A stretch of DNA of 62,901 nucleotides, counting the filler, from Octopus bimaculoides (Eukaryota), in the NCBI RefSeq assembly GCF_001194135.2. It is 5 parts of 4 records of this genome, joined end to end, with 100 filler letters (N's around TTAATTAATTAA, not from the genome) between each part and the next. Parts side by side here need not be neighbours in the genome. Positions count along the whole stretch, not along the records: positions 23,968 to 39,175 come from NC_068998.1; 4 more parts are not named here. One strand, written 5' to 3'. Each line of letters begins with the position of its first letter. Positions within the stretch are counted from its first letter, which is position 1. Below, in pieces: positions 25,380 to 39,175 of the stretch. Under the pieces are notes generated by a model that was not told the origin of the DNA, did no database searches, and saw nothing but the letters and a program-made list of their open reading frames with translations. Position numbers and translations under genes: made by a program.

Positions 25380-26508
25380 TATAGATTTCTTGCATCACCT
25401 TCAGACAAGCTATTATCGATGTGCTTAATTTGCCAAAAAGTGTTTCCCAATGAATCTATGAAGTCTCCAAGATTACAAGAATACTTTGAAAAAGTTCATG
25501 CAAAAAATACTTTAAGACAAATTAGTGATTGCTTTGCATCATATGTTGCAATACATCATTACAGTAATTAACAAAATCAGAAGCAATTCTTTGAATGACA
25601 TTATGTGGACAGTTCTGCAAACAAACAATGAAGAATTTAATCTCTTTAGATTCCTCATCAAAGTTCACTTATGGCCAATGTGTATTTGCTTTTATAGTCC
25701 TTTTGAAACAGATTTTGAAATTTTTTTGAAAACAAAGACATTTTCATGTGCAACAAATTGAAGTTCAATGAAAGGAATTTTCAGCTCCAATATGAACTGA
25801 ATTTGATTAAAATGAAGATTATTATATATTCATTTGTTTTAAGCCTATTCTGTTCAAATGTAAAGTGAGACATAGAGAATGTAATCAGTTTCTAACTCTT
25901 TCTGTTACCACCCAAAAAAAAAAGAAAAAAACACACACTGGATTTTAATATTTAGGTGCACTATCCTCATTTGGAAGTACTGCATTGATACATCTCTGAA
26001 TAGTCTGAAAATATCTTTACACATAAAAATTCCAGATTGGATGTTAAATCTGTTAGCAAATGTTGATAAAATCAGATGAAGTTACTGAATTAAAAACCAC
26101 CAATGAGTTCAAATTGAAGAATGGGCATCAGAATTTCCAGCTGCAGCACCAAATTTCAGATCTTTCCCATGGATCTAGGGTCAAAAGGTCTGTAATGACA
26201 GACCTTTTGACACAAAAGAGAAACTGACTACAAATAGTCAAACATTATTTGAAGGAAGCTTGGTTGCTATCACTGAGCAGGATGTAGAAATATTAGTCTT
26301 GTTACGTCACACTATACTTCACAATAATAAATCAAATACTTTTAGATTCTTTTGTACAATATTTGGTTATACAATAATTGTTTTTAAAAAAACATTTAAA
26401 TTTAATTTTTAACACACCATTTTTAGCTGACTTTATAGGGGCAGAGGTGCTGATGAAATATATTCTCTAGAGTGAGATGATAGCCAAGAAAAGGTTTTAG
26501 AAACATTG
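25380..26508 (+). mobile_element. Highly decayed hAT (Charlie/Buster-like) deletion derivative
   Basis: Patches read MCLICQKVFPNESMKSPRL (compare C.IC..L.NESMKPSKL), VINKIRSNSLND..NNEEF, and IPDWML. The putative end AGGTTTTAGAAACATTG at 26492-26508 resembles Charlie termini. The 5' TIR was not identified. Confidence 0.55.
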
Positions 26509-27232
26509 GTATAAATGAACCTAGTTTTAAGATATCAAGATATCATGGATATTTAAAATTAGGAAGAAAACAGAGGTCATTTGGTAAACTGAAAGGAGAA
26601 GAGATATAAATAAACTTTGCAGGATAGAATGCAAAAATAAATGAAATAATTGAAAGTGAAAGTATATTACTTATTACATTTCATGTTGCAATAAAATTCA
26701 AGAATGTCTTGTTTCTCTCAGGACACATTCTCATTTTGGTTTGTTAAAGATTATTTTCTACTTATATCCATTTTCAGGAGAAAATTATCAAAAATTCTCT
26801 TGGTTTTATTTTATCTTTATGTGAAATCACTATTAAGTTTGAGATACTCAAAGAAAATGTTTGTTTTTTCAAACTACAATCATATTTTCCATTAAATCTT
26901 TTTGTAGTTATCTAAATCAGAAATAGTTAGAAGTTAGTCTTTAGTAGTAAACCATAACTAGTGAATATAGAAGATCAACAGTAAATAGAGACGAACTAGT
27001 TGAATACAGTTCATAGAAAATGTAATGTCAGCTTGTGAAAACAGAACAAAGTTGAGAAAATAACTGAATGAAAATGAAAAAATGCTGTGAGTTAGGAAAG
27101 TAAATATAATGGCAGTGGAGAGTAACTAATTATGACTGAATAAAAGTTAGATTTCATTTGGGAGATAATAAGTACTTTTGTACTTTTAAAGAAACTTTCC
27201 ATTTTTATGATTCAAATACAGTTCACTGTCAA

Positions 27233-27285
<53 letters not shown>

Positions 27286-27524
27286 GTATATATATANNNN
27301 NNNNNNNNNNNNNNNNNNNNNNNNNNNNNNNNNNNNNNNNNNNNNNNNNNNNNNNNNNNNNNNNNNNNNNNNNNNNNNNNNNNNNNNNNNNNNNNNNNNN
27401 NNNNNNNNNNNNNNNNNNNNNNNNNNNNNNNNNNNNNNNNNNNNNNNNNNNNNNNNNNNNNNNNNNNNNNNNNNNNNNNNNNNNNNNNNNNNNNNNNNNN
27501 NNNNNNNNTATATATATATATCTT

Positions 27525-27750
27525 TAAGGTGGCAAACTGGCAGAAAAGTTAGCATGCCGGGTGAAATGCTTAGCAGTATTTCGTCTGCCGTTACGTTCTG
27601 AGTTCAAATTCCGCTGAGGTCAACTTTGCCTTTCATCCTTTCGGGGTCGATAAATTAAGTACCAGTTACGCACTGGGATCGATGTAATCGACTTAATCTC
27701 TTGTTTGTCCCCTCTATGTTTAGCCCCTTGTGGGCAGTAAAGAAATAATA
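27525..27750 (+). mobile_element. tRNA-derived SINE
   Basis: AAGGTGGCAAACTGGCAGAAAAGTTAGCA...GAGTTCAAATTCC...CTTTCATCCTTTCGGGGTCGATAAATTAAGTACCAG; same family as 12250. Confidence 0.85.
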
Positions 27751-28739
27751 TATATCTTTAAGGTGAGAAGGTAATCAATCTGGCTTATGTTCCCACCAGA
27801 CTGATTTACATATATATATATCCTAAATGACCCAATACAAGCTAATTAAACCAACTCTTAATCAGATGTAAGCTTTTATTCATTAAACTTAATCATATAG
27901 ATTTGCATGTTACTGTATTAGAAAAATATATTCTTCAACCATATCTACAGATTACTACCCACACAAATTATTGAAATTAAATTCACAGACTAACAATACA
28001 AATATTGTGTAGCTAGAATAAAATATTGAAGTCATCAAGAAAAATATTTGAAACTGTATCATTCATAAAAATACATGTGTACATATACAACCAAAATACC
28101 AATATTAAAATCCATCTAATCTACACTACTTTTGTAATAATTACCATCTTATTAAGGTTTCAAATGACTTTTGCACTCAAACTACTGCAAGAACAAGAAT
28201 TACATCACCACGACTAAAACTAAAGAGGATTCTATCAGAATCCAAAAAAAAAACAAAAAAAAACAGACCTAATGTCAGTTATAAAAATAGAGTGTACCAA
28301 TATAAACAGTACACTTCTCACACCTGATGGCATGTCTGGCAACATACAGGCTTAGAATATTGATACTCTATTGTTACTAACATGACGAAATAACAAAATG
28401 ATTTACCCCCTCTGCTTCTTTCTCTCACCACTTTCTCTCATTCACACACACACACATCTCTACTTCAGTATATTGTTGCCATAGTAAAAATTCTGGCATT
28501 GTTCCAGAAATACTACAATCATCAATATCGAATGTTAATGCTGTACCACTTGCTTCCACTTCCTCTTCCTTAAAGTTTCTTTACTTCTTCCAAGAAGATA
28601 TTCCCATTCAATGGAAAACAAATATCTTTCAGCAGTGATATATTATCTTTGTGGCATATTTACTGTAACATATTTGCACCCTTTCCACACTATATTTCTG
28701 CAAGTAGTTGCATTATTATTATTCCTCGCCTATAGATGG

Positions 28740-29390
28740 TACTGTGTCAAAGGGTAGACAAGGTAGACAGGAAGAGATGGTAGAATGAGTGAGAGGGTAG
28801 GTAATATCAAAAGACAGTAGGATGATAGAGGAAAGTGAGTGGAGGAGACACTAAAGTGACAGAGATAGTACAGTGGCAGTAGGTAGTGAGTGACAGAGTA
28901 GAATGACAGTGGTAGTGAATGACAAAGACAAAAGGAAAGAAGGCACTTAGTGACAGAGATAGTTGAGTAATAGAGAGCTGTAAGTGAAATGACAGAGACA
29001 AATTGACTGAGGACAGTGAGTGACTGAGATATCAAAGTGAAAGAGACAGTTGAGTGACACATGGCAGAGACATTATATGATAGAGGGCAATGAGTGGTAG
29101 TGATATAAAATTAACACAGGGCAGTGAGTGGCAAAGATAATAAAGTAACAGGGGGCAGTAAGTGGCAGAGGCAGTTGAGTGACATAGGACATTGAATGAT
29201 AAAGACATTAAATGGCAGAGGGCAGTGACATTGGCAATCAAGTGACAGAGTGGGACAGAGTAGAAAAGAATGGTGAGTCATAGAAACAGTGTAGTAACAG
29301 AGACTGTCAAGTGGTAAACACATCATAGTGGAAGGAAAACTGAGTGACACAGATAGGAGAGTACTAGAGTCTGTCTTCAAACTAAGATGC
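28740..29390. repeat. Degenerate purine-rich minisatellite built on AGTGACAGAG/AGTGGCAGAG
   Basis: The motif recurs many times with irregular spacing and strong A/G strand bias. Confidence 0.65.
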
Positions 29391-29710
29391 ATGTTTGTTT
29401 GTCTTTAGTAATATTCATTTGTTATACATACATACATTCATATGTATGGGCATAAGTATTGAATTTTCTGATTAATCATATCTCTAGGACTTGGAATGGG
29501 GTCACGAACAGTGACAAAGGGTCTCTGACAAACAAGCTGATTGAGTGATAAAATGATTAATCAAATACTCAATTCGTTAATTAGTTAACTAAACTAATAA
29601 TTATAAAAATAAGAGAAATAGGACTAATTTGTGTCTCTCAGTGGTAATATGACCTTTCAAGACCCATTGTCATCATTTAACATGTTGTGTACACACACAC
29701 ACACGTGCAC

Positions 29711-29769
<59 letters not shown>

Positions 29770-29969
29770 TACAAACATGTATGTGTATCTATGTAGGTAT
29801 GTGTGCTTCTACTTAACAGGGACATTATGACACCATTTCGACTTAAAACTGACCAACCTATAATTTTATTTTATTTTTGATCTACTTCATGCTCCTTTCT
29901 TCTTTTTTACATACCCGAAAAAAGTTTAACCAGCAAACGGGGAGATCTAATTTTCCAATAAGTAGCCCA

Positions 29970-30480
29970 TGATGTGGACACATTTACAAAAAACATCTTT
30001 ACAACTAATTAATGTGTCAGGTTTAGTATAGACCTTAAGAATTTTGGCTCTCTCCACAATGCAGATTTTGCAACAGCCACTCCCATTTATATATGGGCCT
30101 GGATGATCTATTATTTTCCACCTGATATCACATAGAGTTCTTTGATCTTTGAGGTGTCACACATGGTAGGTCAGGGGTGTGACAAACCATCTTTCTGAGA
30201 CTCTGAAGGATGACTGGAGATTGCGGAAGCGACATTTCAAAGATGTACTGGCTGATCCAATAGATTTACAAACTTGGGATGTGGCTATATTTGCACTCCT
30301 AGTATATCTTTCATCAGCTCCGGGCCTGGGGATGCTGTTGGTAACACCATTGCTGATGCAGTCAATATGGCACAATGATCCGGTAGCCTTATCGCCGTGG
30401 TTATCACTACTGGTCACATGGTTGGCAATGTAGCTGCTGGTGTTAGAGTGGGTGCAACAGTGGTAACGTATGCTGGTTAG
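29970..30480 (-). mobile_element. Penelope-like element, decayed GIY-YIG endonuclease C-terminus
   Basis: Minus strand reads CKSIGSASTSLKCRFRNLQSSFR..TPLTYHV*HLKDQ..DIRWKIIDHPGPYINGSGCCKICIVERAKIL..TLISCKDVFCKCVH, which fits YIG..FK.R..NH.SSF..W.I..Y..C..C..EK..IL..LN..C.H. Confidence 0.75.
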
Positions 30481-30696
30481 GCTTTTTCGAGTCTATAAGG
30501 ATTGGTTTATCCTCCGGTTCAGGGGAGACAACCTGTTCTCATTAACATTTTCATACGTTAAGACTTAAATCTCAATTTCTGAGCACTTCCTTACATCTGC
30601 ATTATAGAAAATTTAAACCTTTTGTCCACAAGGCTTAGGCTTTGTGGATACGAAACCTTTGGTAACTCTATGTCCCAAATTTAAATTTTTGTTGTT

Positions 30697-30741
<45 letters not shown>

Positions 30742-31334
30742 NNNNNNNNNNNNNNNNNNNNNNNNNNNNNNNNNNNNNNNNNNNNNNNNNNNNNNNNNNN
30801 NNNNNNNNNNNNNNNNNNNNNNNNNNNNNNNNNNNNNNNNNNNNNNNNNNNNNNNNNNNNNNNNNNNNNNNNNNNNNNNNNNNNNNNNNNNNNNNNNNNN
30901 NNNNNNNNNNNNNNNNNNNNNNNNNNNNNNNNNNNNNNNNNNNNNNNNNNNNNNNNNNNNNNNNNNNNNNNNNNNNNNNNNNNNNNNNNNNNNNNNNNNN
31001 NNNNNNNNNNNNNNNNNNNNNNNNNNNNNNNNNNNNNNNNNNNNNNNNNNNNNNNNNNNNNNNNNNNNNNNNNNNNNNNNNNNNNNNNNNNNNNNNNNNN
31101 NNNNNNNNNNNNNNNNNNNNNNNNNNNNNNNNNNNNNNNNNNNNNNNNNNNNNNNNNNNNNNNNNNNNNNNNNNNNNNNNNNNNNNNNNNNNNNNNNNNN
31201 NNNNNNNNNNNNNNNNNNNNNNNNNNNNNNNNNNNNNNNNNNNNNNNNNNNNNNNNNNNNNNNNNNNNNNNNNNNNNNNNNNNNNNNNNNNNNNNNNNNN
31301 NNNNNNNNNNNNNNNNNNNNNNNNNNNNNNNNNN

Positions 31335-31379
<45 letters not shown>

Positions 31380-31423
31380 CATATATATCATATACAAACA
31401 CATACATAGAGGTATGCATACAT

Positions 31424-31475
<52 letters not shown>

Positions 31476-31559
31476 GCTTGGAGGAGAAGCAGGCATCATA
31501 CCAGCAAAAAGAAATGAATGAGTCAAATCCCGTAAGTTAGAGGGTAACAACAGCATTGA

Positions 31560-32290
31560 GAAGAAGAGTAGCCTCTCCTGGACCTGCAATAGATACATTA
31601 CATCCCACCTAAAATGATACGCCTTTGCTATCCAGGAACAAGAAATAGCTACTGAATACCCGATAAACAAGAGGGACAAAAATATCACCAAACCTCCACT
31701 TTGGGATAAAAAAATGTTGGCTCAGCTATACCAGTGTGGAAGCTATCACACACATCATCAGTAGCTGCTCCAAAATTTCTGAGATACTACCTGTCCTAAG
31801 GCATGATATAGTTGCAAGGACTGTTTACAATGCTATCTGCAGGAAGGACTGCCCTGACATATACATCAAAGGCATGTCAGAACCAGCAAGTATTCATACC
31901 TTTAAAAACACCCTAATAAAACAATCAATTTGGTGCAAACATAACAGACCTGATATTGTTCTGTGGGACAGGGAACAAAAGTCATGCACTGTTGTAGAGG
32001 CTAGCTACCCAACAGATGTGAATGTACAATCAAAAATCCAGGAAAAAGAAAGAGAACATTTATGGCAAATTAATGTGGAACTTAAAGCTCTTGTACCCTG
32101 AATACAAATTCTCATTTGTACTTACCATCATTGGTGTGTTAGGTTATATACCAACAAATTAGCACAAAAACCTAGAAATACTCAGTTTCACAGAGAAAAA
32201 GCAAAAGGAGCTGTCACAGATTCTCCAAATCCAATCTATAAGTGGCACAATGAAGATTTGTAAGAATTCTCCAGAATTCTCTATCTGAGA
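31560..32290 (+). mobile_element. RLE-bearing non-LTR retrotransposon fragment (R4/NeSL-like)
   Basis: EAITHIISSCSKIS..RHDIVARTVYNAIC..CKHNRPDIVLWDREQKSCTVVEASYPTD../YGKL..LYPEYKFSFV..IIGVLGYIP..QIQSISGTMKICK, across frameshifts. Confidence 0.8.
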
Positions 32291-34155
32291 TTCTTAATTG
32301 AATAGATGCACACAATTGGATATATGTATTGACAGTTCAGCCAACACACCAACTCAACCACATTTTCAAAACATCGGCAACTCTCTTCAATTAAAAGTCT
32401 AGTCACTTTGTTAGTGACCAGCTTGAATTCTCTCAAAAAGAATTTAAATAAAACTCAAAGAAAAATCACACACACACACACACACACACATGCGCGCATG
32501 TGCATGCACATCCACACATGCGCGCATGTGCATGCACATCCACACATGCATGCACGCAGACACACATCCACACACACACACACACACATACACATGCACA
32601 CACACACACACACACACATACAAAAATCATTTATGTATTGTGGAAAGATTCTTAATATCAAATATGATGGAACAATTCTCTACTATGTACAGCAAATTGA
32701 GAGTCTTGAACTCTGATGTTATTTTCAAAGAACCATACCGTATGTAATATTATTTTCCCCTATAAAATATATAATGTTAATGTTATAAGTTGTTTATTAT
32801 CACAAAATTTTTTCACCTTCATTGATAAATTGTACTGTGTGGAAACCAACATGTCAAAGAACAGACTCAATGTTTCCCTTGCATGTTGTGAAAGGTGACT
32901 AAAAGAAGGTGAGGTAGGATTTACATTCCAGCCTTGTAAAACACTCACCTGCAACAACACTCCAAAACAGACCCATGTATTGGAGGGTTGTCACCTGAAT
33001 GGTGCAGAGGTGTTATCCACCAGGAGTAAGAAATCACCAACAAACAGTGGATGCAGTAATGTACTGTTACAGTGCATGCCCCCATACTACTGTTACAACT
33101 GTTTACAAATTGGAATACTGAGTTTCACATCAAAGCATTCAGAAATTTCACAGTAGATCTTATGATTTATCAAACCTTAAAGAAAAAAATCTTTGCTTCT
33201 GAAATGAAAGAGCAAGTAACTAAACTGAAGACTTAATATTAATTTCAAGAAACTTTTGTTAATAATAGTTTACATGCTTTGAAATGTTTGCAGTGAAAGC
33301 AATTGTACACACAATTAGCTCACATGGTTGGAGAAATTTCATTTTAGTGATGAGGATGGAATGAAGTTTGCAGCCACATATTTATATATTTGGAACAGGT
33401 ACACAGACTTGCTTAGTGAAATAGACTGATGGATAGGTTTGTTCTATCCATTCTGTTTGCAACTGTGCAACATTTGCTAAGAGAAACTAGATTTTCAGTC
33501 ACTGAGATTATTTTGTTTTTATTGTTGTTTTTATTGTTGAATAACTTCTGTTAGCTTTAGCAGACATACGACTAAAAGAAACTAATTATATGCTTAGGAA
33601 TATCTCACAGATTTCTGCAAAAGATATTGTAATGATTCAATCTCATCCCTCCATTATGAAATTTATTAGAAATTTCACTCAATACAAGACTAAATGATAA
33701 AAATGTATTAGGTGTGATGCTGACATCTCTCTCAGAAAAGAAATCAATAAAATTAAAGAGTTGATGTTACTTGCTGCAGCTTCATTAATTAATCAATCAG
33801 AATAGCAATAAGCTATGCTATTTCACTTCTCTTATAACTGTAACTTAGGAAAACTTAACATATTAAATATTTCTATCAGAGGAGTATTATAGTTGTTGTC
33901 CTTTTCTTCTTTTTTTTATTGCATACTGATATAAACTGAGAAAACTATATCTTAAAAATGTTAATACTATCCATCTTCCTAACTGTTCATGCCTTTTCTG
34001 CTCGAAATCTTGCTCTATTATTTCTTTATCTTATATGTTTTATTTATATTTTGTGGAATGTTTCATTTATAGTTTATTTCTTTGTTTGTTTACCACAAAA
34101 TATTTTATGAAATTTTATTTGCCATTATTTAGTCTACATTTTGTTTTAATTCCAG

Positions 34156-34250
34156 AACCAGAAGAGGTTCTTCAACTGGTCCCCATAGTTCGCAAAGAGA
34201 ACATTACCAACAATCTCAGGCTCAGAATTCTCAAACTTCAACAAATAAAG
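34156..34250 (+). other. Candidate isolated internal exon (95 bp), gene unknown
   Basis: Flanked by TTTGTTTTAATTCCAG (acceptor) and AAG|GTAAAC (donor). It has higher GC than its flanks and two of three frames are open. No homology recognised. Confidence 0.35.
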
Positions 34251-34994
34251 GTAAACTGTTGTTGTTGTTGTTGTCCTCATGGCTATTGTTGTAACCACCA
34301 CTATCTCATCATCATCATCATCATCATATTTTCCTATTTCAATGTAATTATATTGGGTTGGAGTATAATTATTGCTTTTTTTTTTTTCAACAAATTTTAT
34401 TCAACAAAAACAATAACAATATTTAACAAAAACATCTTTAAATGATGGTCTGACTGTCTGCCAAGTAAATGGGAAGCATTAATTGAAGTAGATGGTGAAT
34501 ATGCTCTGGAATAATCATTTAAAGATGTTTTTGTTACATGTTGTTATTGTTTTTGTTGAATAAAATTTGCTGAAGAAAAGCTGCAATAATTATGCACCAA
34601 CCCAATATTATTTGGTATTGAACTTTGGGTATATTTTATATGTCTGTGGGTATGTTTTAGTATTTTGCTTACTAGTCCCACATATTTACAAGTATTTGAC
34701 CTTTTACTGAGTTTCTCTTCAATTGTTTAACATCACTTTTGACACCTTTAACATGGTAACTGTTCTCCTTCCCATCATCATCAGTATTATCATCTCAACA
34801 CCATTGCTGTGCTGCCACTCTTTGCATTCTGGGATTAAATCCTGACATGGTCAGTTTTGCTTTTCAGCCTCCAAGGTTGGTAAAATAAAGAACTCATCAA
34901 GTACTGGGATTACTATAATCAACTCTTTCCCTACAAAACTTCTAGCCTTGTACCCAAATTAAGAAATAATTCTTATGTTTATGTCAGTAGACAA

Positions 34995-35525
34995 GGTTGT
35001 GAGCTAGCAGAATTGTTAGCACACCAGGCAAAATGCTTAGTGGTATTTCACCTTTTTTTACATTCCAAAATCAAATTCTGCTAAGGCCAACTTTGCCTTT
35101 CATCCTTTCTAAGTCAATGAAATAAGTACCAGTTGAGCATTGGGATCAATGTAATCATTAAGCCCCTACTCAAAAAATTTCAGGCCTTATACCTATAGTA
35201 GAAAGAACTATTATGACAATAGATTTGCAGAATTGATAGAGTTTTTGATAATATATCTATCAGTACTTTTTTTAATTCTGGACTCAAATTCCACTAATGC
35301 TAACTTTGACTTTCATCCATTTGAGGTCAATAAAATGGCACTGGATTGGCAGAATTATTGGAACATCTGGTAAAATGCATTGAAATTTTTACATAGTCTT
35401 ATATTCTGATTTCAAATTCTTTCATCCCTTTAGAATAAAATAAAGCACCACTCAAATACTAGGATTGATGTGATTGTCTTATCATTTCTCCTAATATTTC
35501 AGGCTTGTACCCATATTAGAAACAT
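34995..35525 (+). mobile_element. Three adjacent decayed copies of the tRNA-derived SINE family
   Basis: Repeated GCAGAATT..AGCA..AAATGCTT..TCAAATTC..CTTTCATCC..AAGTACCA motifs at about 34995, 35225 and 35345. Confidence 0.7.
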
Positions 35526-36042
35526 TTATATCTATTTTTTTGGCAAAATCAGTAGAGCATAGAACAAAATGCTTCACAATTTTTGTTTTGGCTCTTTATG
35601 CAGTGTTCAAATTTCACTATGCCCAACATTACTTTTCGTTCTTTTGGGGTTGCTCAAATAAAGTACCACTTATGTACTGAAGTAATTTGTGAATGACATT
35701 TTTGTAAAAAAAAAGCTAAAGAGGAGTGAAAGTGGTAACATTTTTGTAGCGGTGTTTGTTGTCAGATGAGATAATAAGTAGGTGGCTAAAGTGCAGAAGA
35801 AAGAGTGGGGTGGGGTTCATAAATGAGCCCAAGGTTAAACCAGGATGTCAGTTAGATGAAACCCGGTCAAAAATTGGTAGAAACTTGAACTAAGTTTCAA
35901 CTAGAAACTTTGGATCTAAGAGATGAGAGATATATCTTGTAGGTGAGCAACTGACCTTAGAGGTTCTCATACCAGAGAAACAAAAATATCCAACATATTG
36001 AGAACAGTCTCTCTGTCTGTCTGTCTGTCTCTCTCTTTCTCT

Positions 36043-36089
<47 letters not shown>

Positions 36090-36155
36090 CACATGGTACA
36101 TATATATTAGAAATAATCATGAATCCATTTACTGATATTCTGAAGTCATTTGATA

Positions 36156-37427
36156 TTAGGTCGTCAAATATGAAATTTGTAGTAAGGTATATGGTAAACT
36201 TTGACAGCTGTTCATTTTGCACTATTATTATACTTTGAATATTTATTTTTTATTAGAAAGCTGACACATCTATTTCTTTATTCTAACTCATTTTTCACTT
36301 TACGAAGTTTTTATAAATTGTGTTTTGCTATTTTTGTTTAAAGATGGATAAGTCAGAAATTTGTACAGTTTTGAAATATGAGTTCTTTCTTGGAAATACA
36401 GCATCACAGGCAGCTCGGAATATTAATGGAGTATTTCATTCTAATGAAAGCAGACAGTATCAAATTGGTTTGCAAAATTTCGTTCTGGTAACTTTGACCT
36501 CACAAATGAGCAATGCAGTCAACCAGAAACAAAGGTAGATAATGATGAATTGAAAGCTACCTTTGAGTCAGATCCATCTCAAAGTGCCCATGGATTATCG
36601 TTGTTGTTTGGTGTTAGCAAGCAAACAATTTTGACTCACCTAGTTCAAATCGGTAAAGTGAAAAAGTTGGATAAGTGGGTTCCACATGAACTCAATGAAA
36701 ATCAGAAACAGCAAAGTTTGGAAGCTTGCATTATGCTACTTTCTTGTCACAAAAATGAATCATATTTTAATCAAATTGTAACATGTGATGAGAAATGGAT
36801 CCAATACAACAACCGTAAACGTTCAGCACAATGGTTGGACAAAGACGAGCCACCAAAACACAGTCCAAAAAGCAAACTTCATCAAAAGAAGATGATGGTG
36901 TGTGTTTGGTGGTCTGGCACAGGTGTGATCCATTATGATTTCATTAAACCTGGCTCATGAGGCCGAAGTATACTGCAGCCAACTAGACTAAATGATGCAG
37001 AAACTTACAGAAAAACAGCCAAGATTAGTCAACAGATCCACTCCTATTTTATTGCAACACAACACCAGACTATACATTGCAAAAATGACATTGACAAAAC
37101 TACAGGAGTTGGAGTTTAAAGTTCTCCATCATCCACCATACTCACCTGATCTTGCCCCCACTGACTATCACTTCTTCCAGAATTTGGATAACTTTTTGAT
37201 AGGAAAAAAATTTAATTCCGACGATGCTGTAAAACAGGCCTTCCAAAATTTTATTGACTCTATATTGCCAGGCTTTTACAGCTCTCGGCTGGACAAGCTA
37301 CCGCTGACATGATAAAAGTGTATTGACAATATGGGTGCAGACTTTGATGAATAAAGCTATTCCTTGTGTTTATAAAACATTAGCAAACTTTTTTCCCTTT
37401 CTACAAATTTCATACTTGACGACCTAA
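36156..37427 (+). mobile_element. Mariner (DD34D) transposon, full length, inactivated transposase at about 36344-37354
   Basis: 27-bp TIRs with 1 mismatch (TTAGGTCGTCAAATATGAAATTTGTAG; 37401-37427) and TA flanks. WVPHEL, TCDEKW and YSPDLAPTDYHFF motifs are present. There are frameshifts, and the second catalytic motif reads QHNTR instead of HDNAR. Confidence 0.95.
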
Positions 37428-38534
37428 TATATATATTTCAAGTGGTTACATAACTTTTAGAGCATTGAAAAGTTTGTATTTTATATGGGTGGGATGAAAT
37501 TACTACTGGCCTAACTAAGGTTAACATGATGAACCCAATAAATAGATACAGATTTTTTTTCTATATATGAGGTAACTAGTGCACTCCTATTTCTACCCCA
37601 CAGACACACAGTCTCCTCTTTCTGCATTATTTACCACTACTACGGCCACTATTCTTTGGAGTTGTTTATCTTTTTCCATCTTTACTTAGGCACTCTTGAT
37701 TTCTCCTCTTATCACCCATTTTCTTTCATTCCCTTCAGGTCCTGCACTAACCACTTCCCCCAGTCATTTCTTCCCTCAGTTTGGTCCTCTGGAATATCCT
37801 TTTTGCGCATGATTCCCTGCAACTGTTGACTTACAGTATTTAAAGGAGAAAATTATTCATTGATCTCATTGATCAATAAGGGCCTGCAAAGGCCATGAGC
37901 ACAGCCTCTTATTTGAAACCAGACAGAAAAAGAAGTTCCTCCAGGATCTTTAATTATTTCTATATTTATGTATTATTTTCTCAATATACAGTATTTACCC
38001 CCAAAAATGTATGCAGATAATATCTACATACCACTGCATAAAATAGTGATATCACTGAATATGTTACATAATTTTAAGTGGGTTTTTTTTTCTTGTGTTG
38101 CTTGAAAATATGCTTTAAGTTTCACAGAGCTTGAATTCTAGTTCATGAAGGAATTTGAATTTATGTATAGTGGTATCTAATGAGATTATTATATTAGCAG
38201 CTTTGGATGCGTTATTTTAGAAGGCCCACTTGCTGTTTATCTAGTTGGTCTGCTACAATGCATATTGTGATCCACTAATGTGGTGATTAATGTTTTATGA
38301 GATGATAAATGACATTTAATGTTAAATTAACGTCAATAGATCTATTATTTTTAATCTATAATAAGAATTAGTAATTAAATTATCTCGAGGATTTTTTTTT
38401 TTCCTCTTTGATCTTTTTAATATCTGAATAGGAATCATGGACAGGCAAGTATCTATGGAGACCAATGAAACAGCTGATGACATATGGACAGTAGATGCCA
38501 ATTTTCAGTGGTGGAGAAGATATGCCTTTGTGAC

Positions 38535-38700
38535 ATGGCAATTGTCTTTACGTTCTGAATTCAAACTCTGCCGAGGTCGACTTTGTTTTTCATCCTTTCA
38601 GGGTTGATAGTTTAAGTACCAGTTGCATACTTGGGTTGATCTAATCGACTGGCCCCTCCCAACAAAAATTTCAGGGCTTGTGCCTATAGTAGAAAAGTAT
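38535..38700 (+). mobile_element. tRNA-derived SINE, 5'-truncated
   Basis: TTACGTTCTGAATTCAAACTCTGCCGAGGTCGACTTTG..CATCCTTTCAGGG..AAGTACCAGTTG; same family as 12250. Confidence 0.8.
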
Positions 38701-38877
38701 ATTGCAACAGTTACAGAAAATAGAAAGAAGTGTAAAACCGATAACTATATAATCCAACCAAAATATCTCAGTTACGTAAGCATAAACAGAAGAACTATTT
38801 TGTCTTAAAATACATTGTACTTATTTAGAGAACTCTCTTGGTTTAGTGGTACAGAACATTTATCTCGTATTTTTTTA

Positions 38878-39070
38878 CTTGTTTCAGTCTTTTGACGGTG
38901 GCCGTGCTGGAGCACCACCCTATAGTCAAAGAAGCCCATGGACTTATTCCCTGTAATCCTGGTGCTTATTCTACCAGTCTCTTCTAAACAGCTAAGTTAC
39001 AGGGACACAAATACACCAACATCGGTTGTCAAACAATGGTAGTGGGAGGACAAACACAGACACAAACACA
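38878..39070 (-). mobile_element. SINE 3' tail
   Basis: TTGTTTCAGTC..GGCCGTGCTGGAGCACC..CTAAGTTACAGGGAC..ACACCAACATCGGTTG is the reverse complement of the tail at 62720-62890. Confidence 0.75.
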
Positions 39071-39121
39071 CACACATAAATATATACATATATTCATACA
39101 TACGTACGTACATAGATAGAC

Positions 39122-39158
<37 letters not shown>

Positions 39159-39175
39159 CATATATATATATAAGA

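Noticed and set aside
32949-33810. Scattered splice-like sites and short peptide-looking frames
   Set aside because: No consistent phase or chain of exons, in-frame stops, and no recognisable family.
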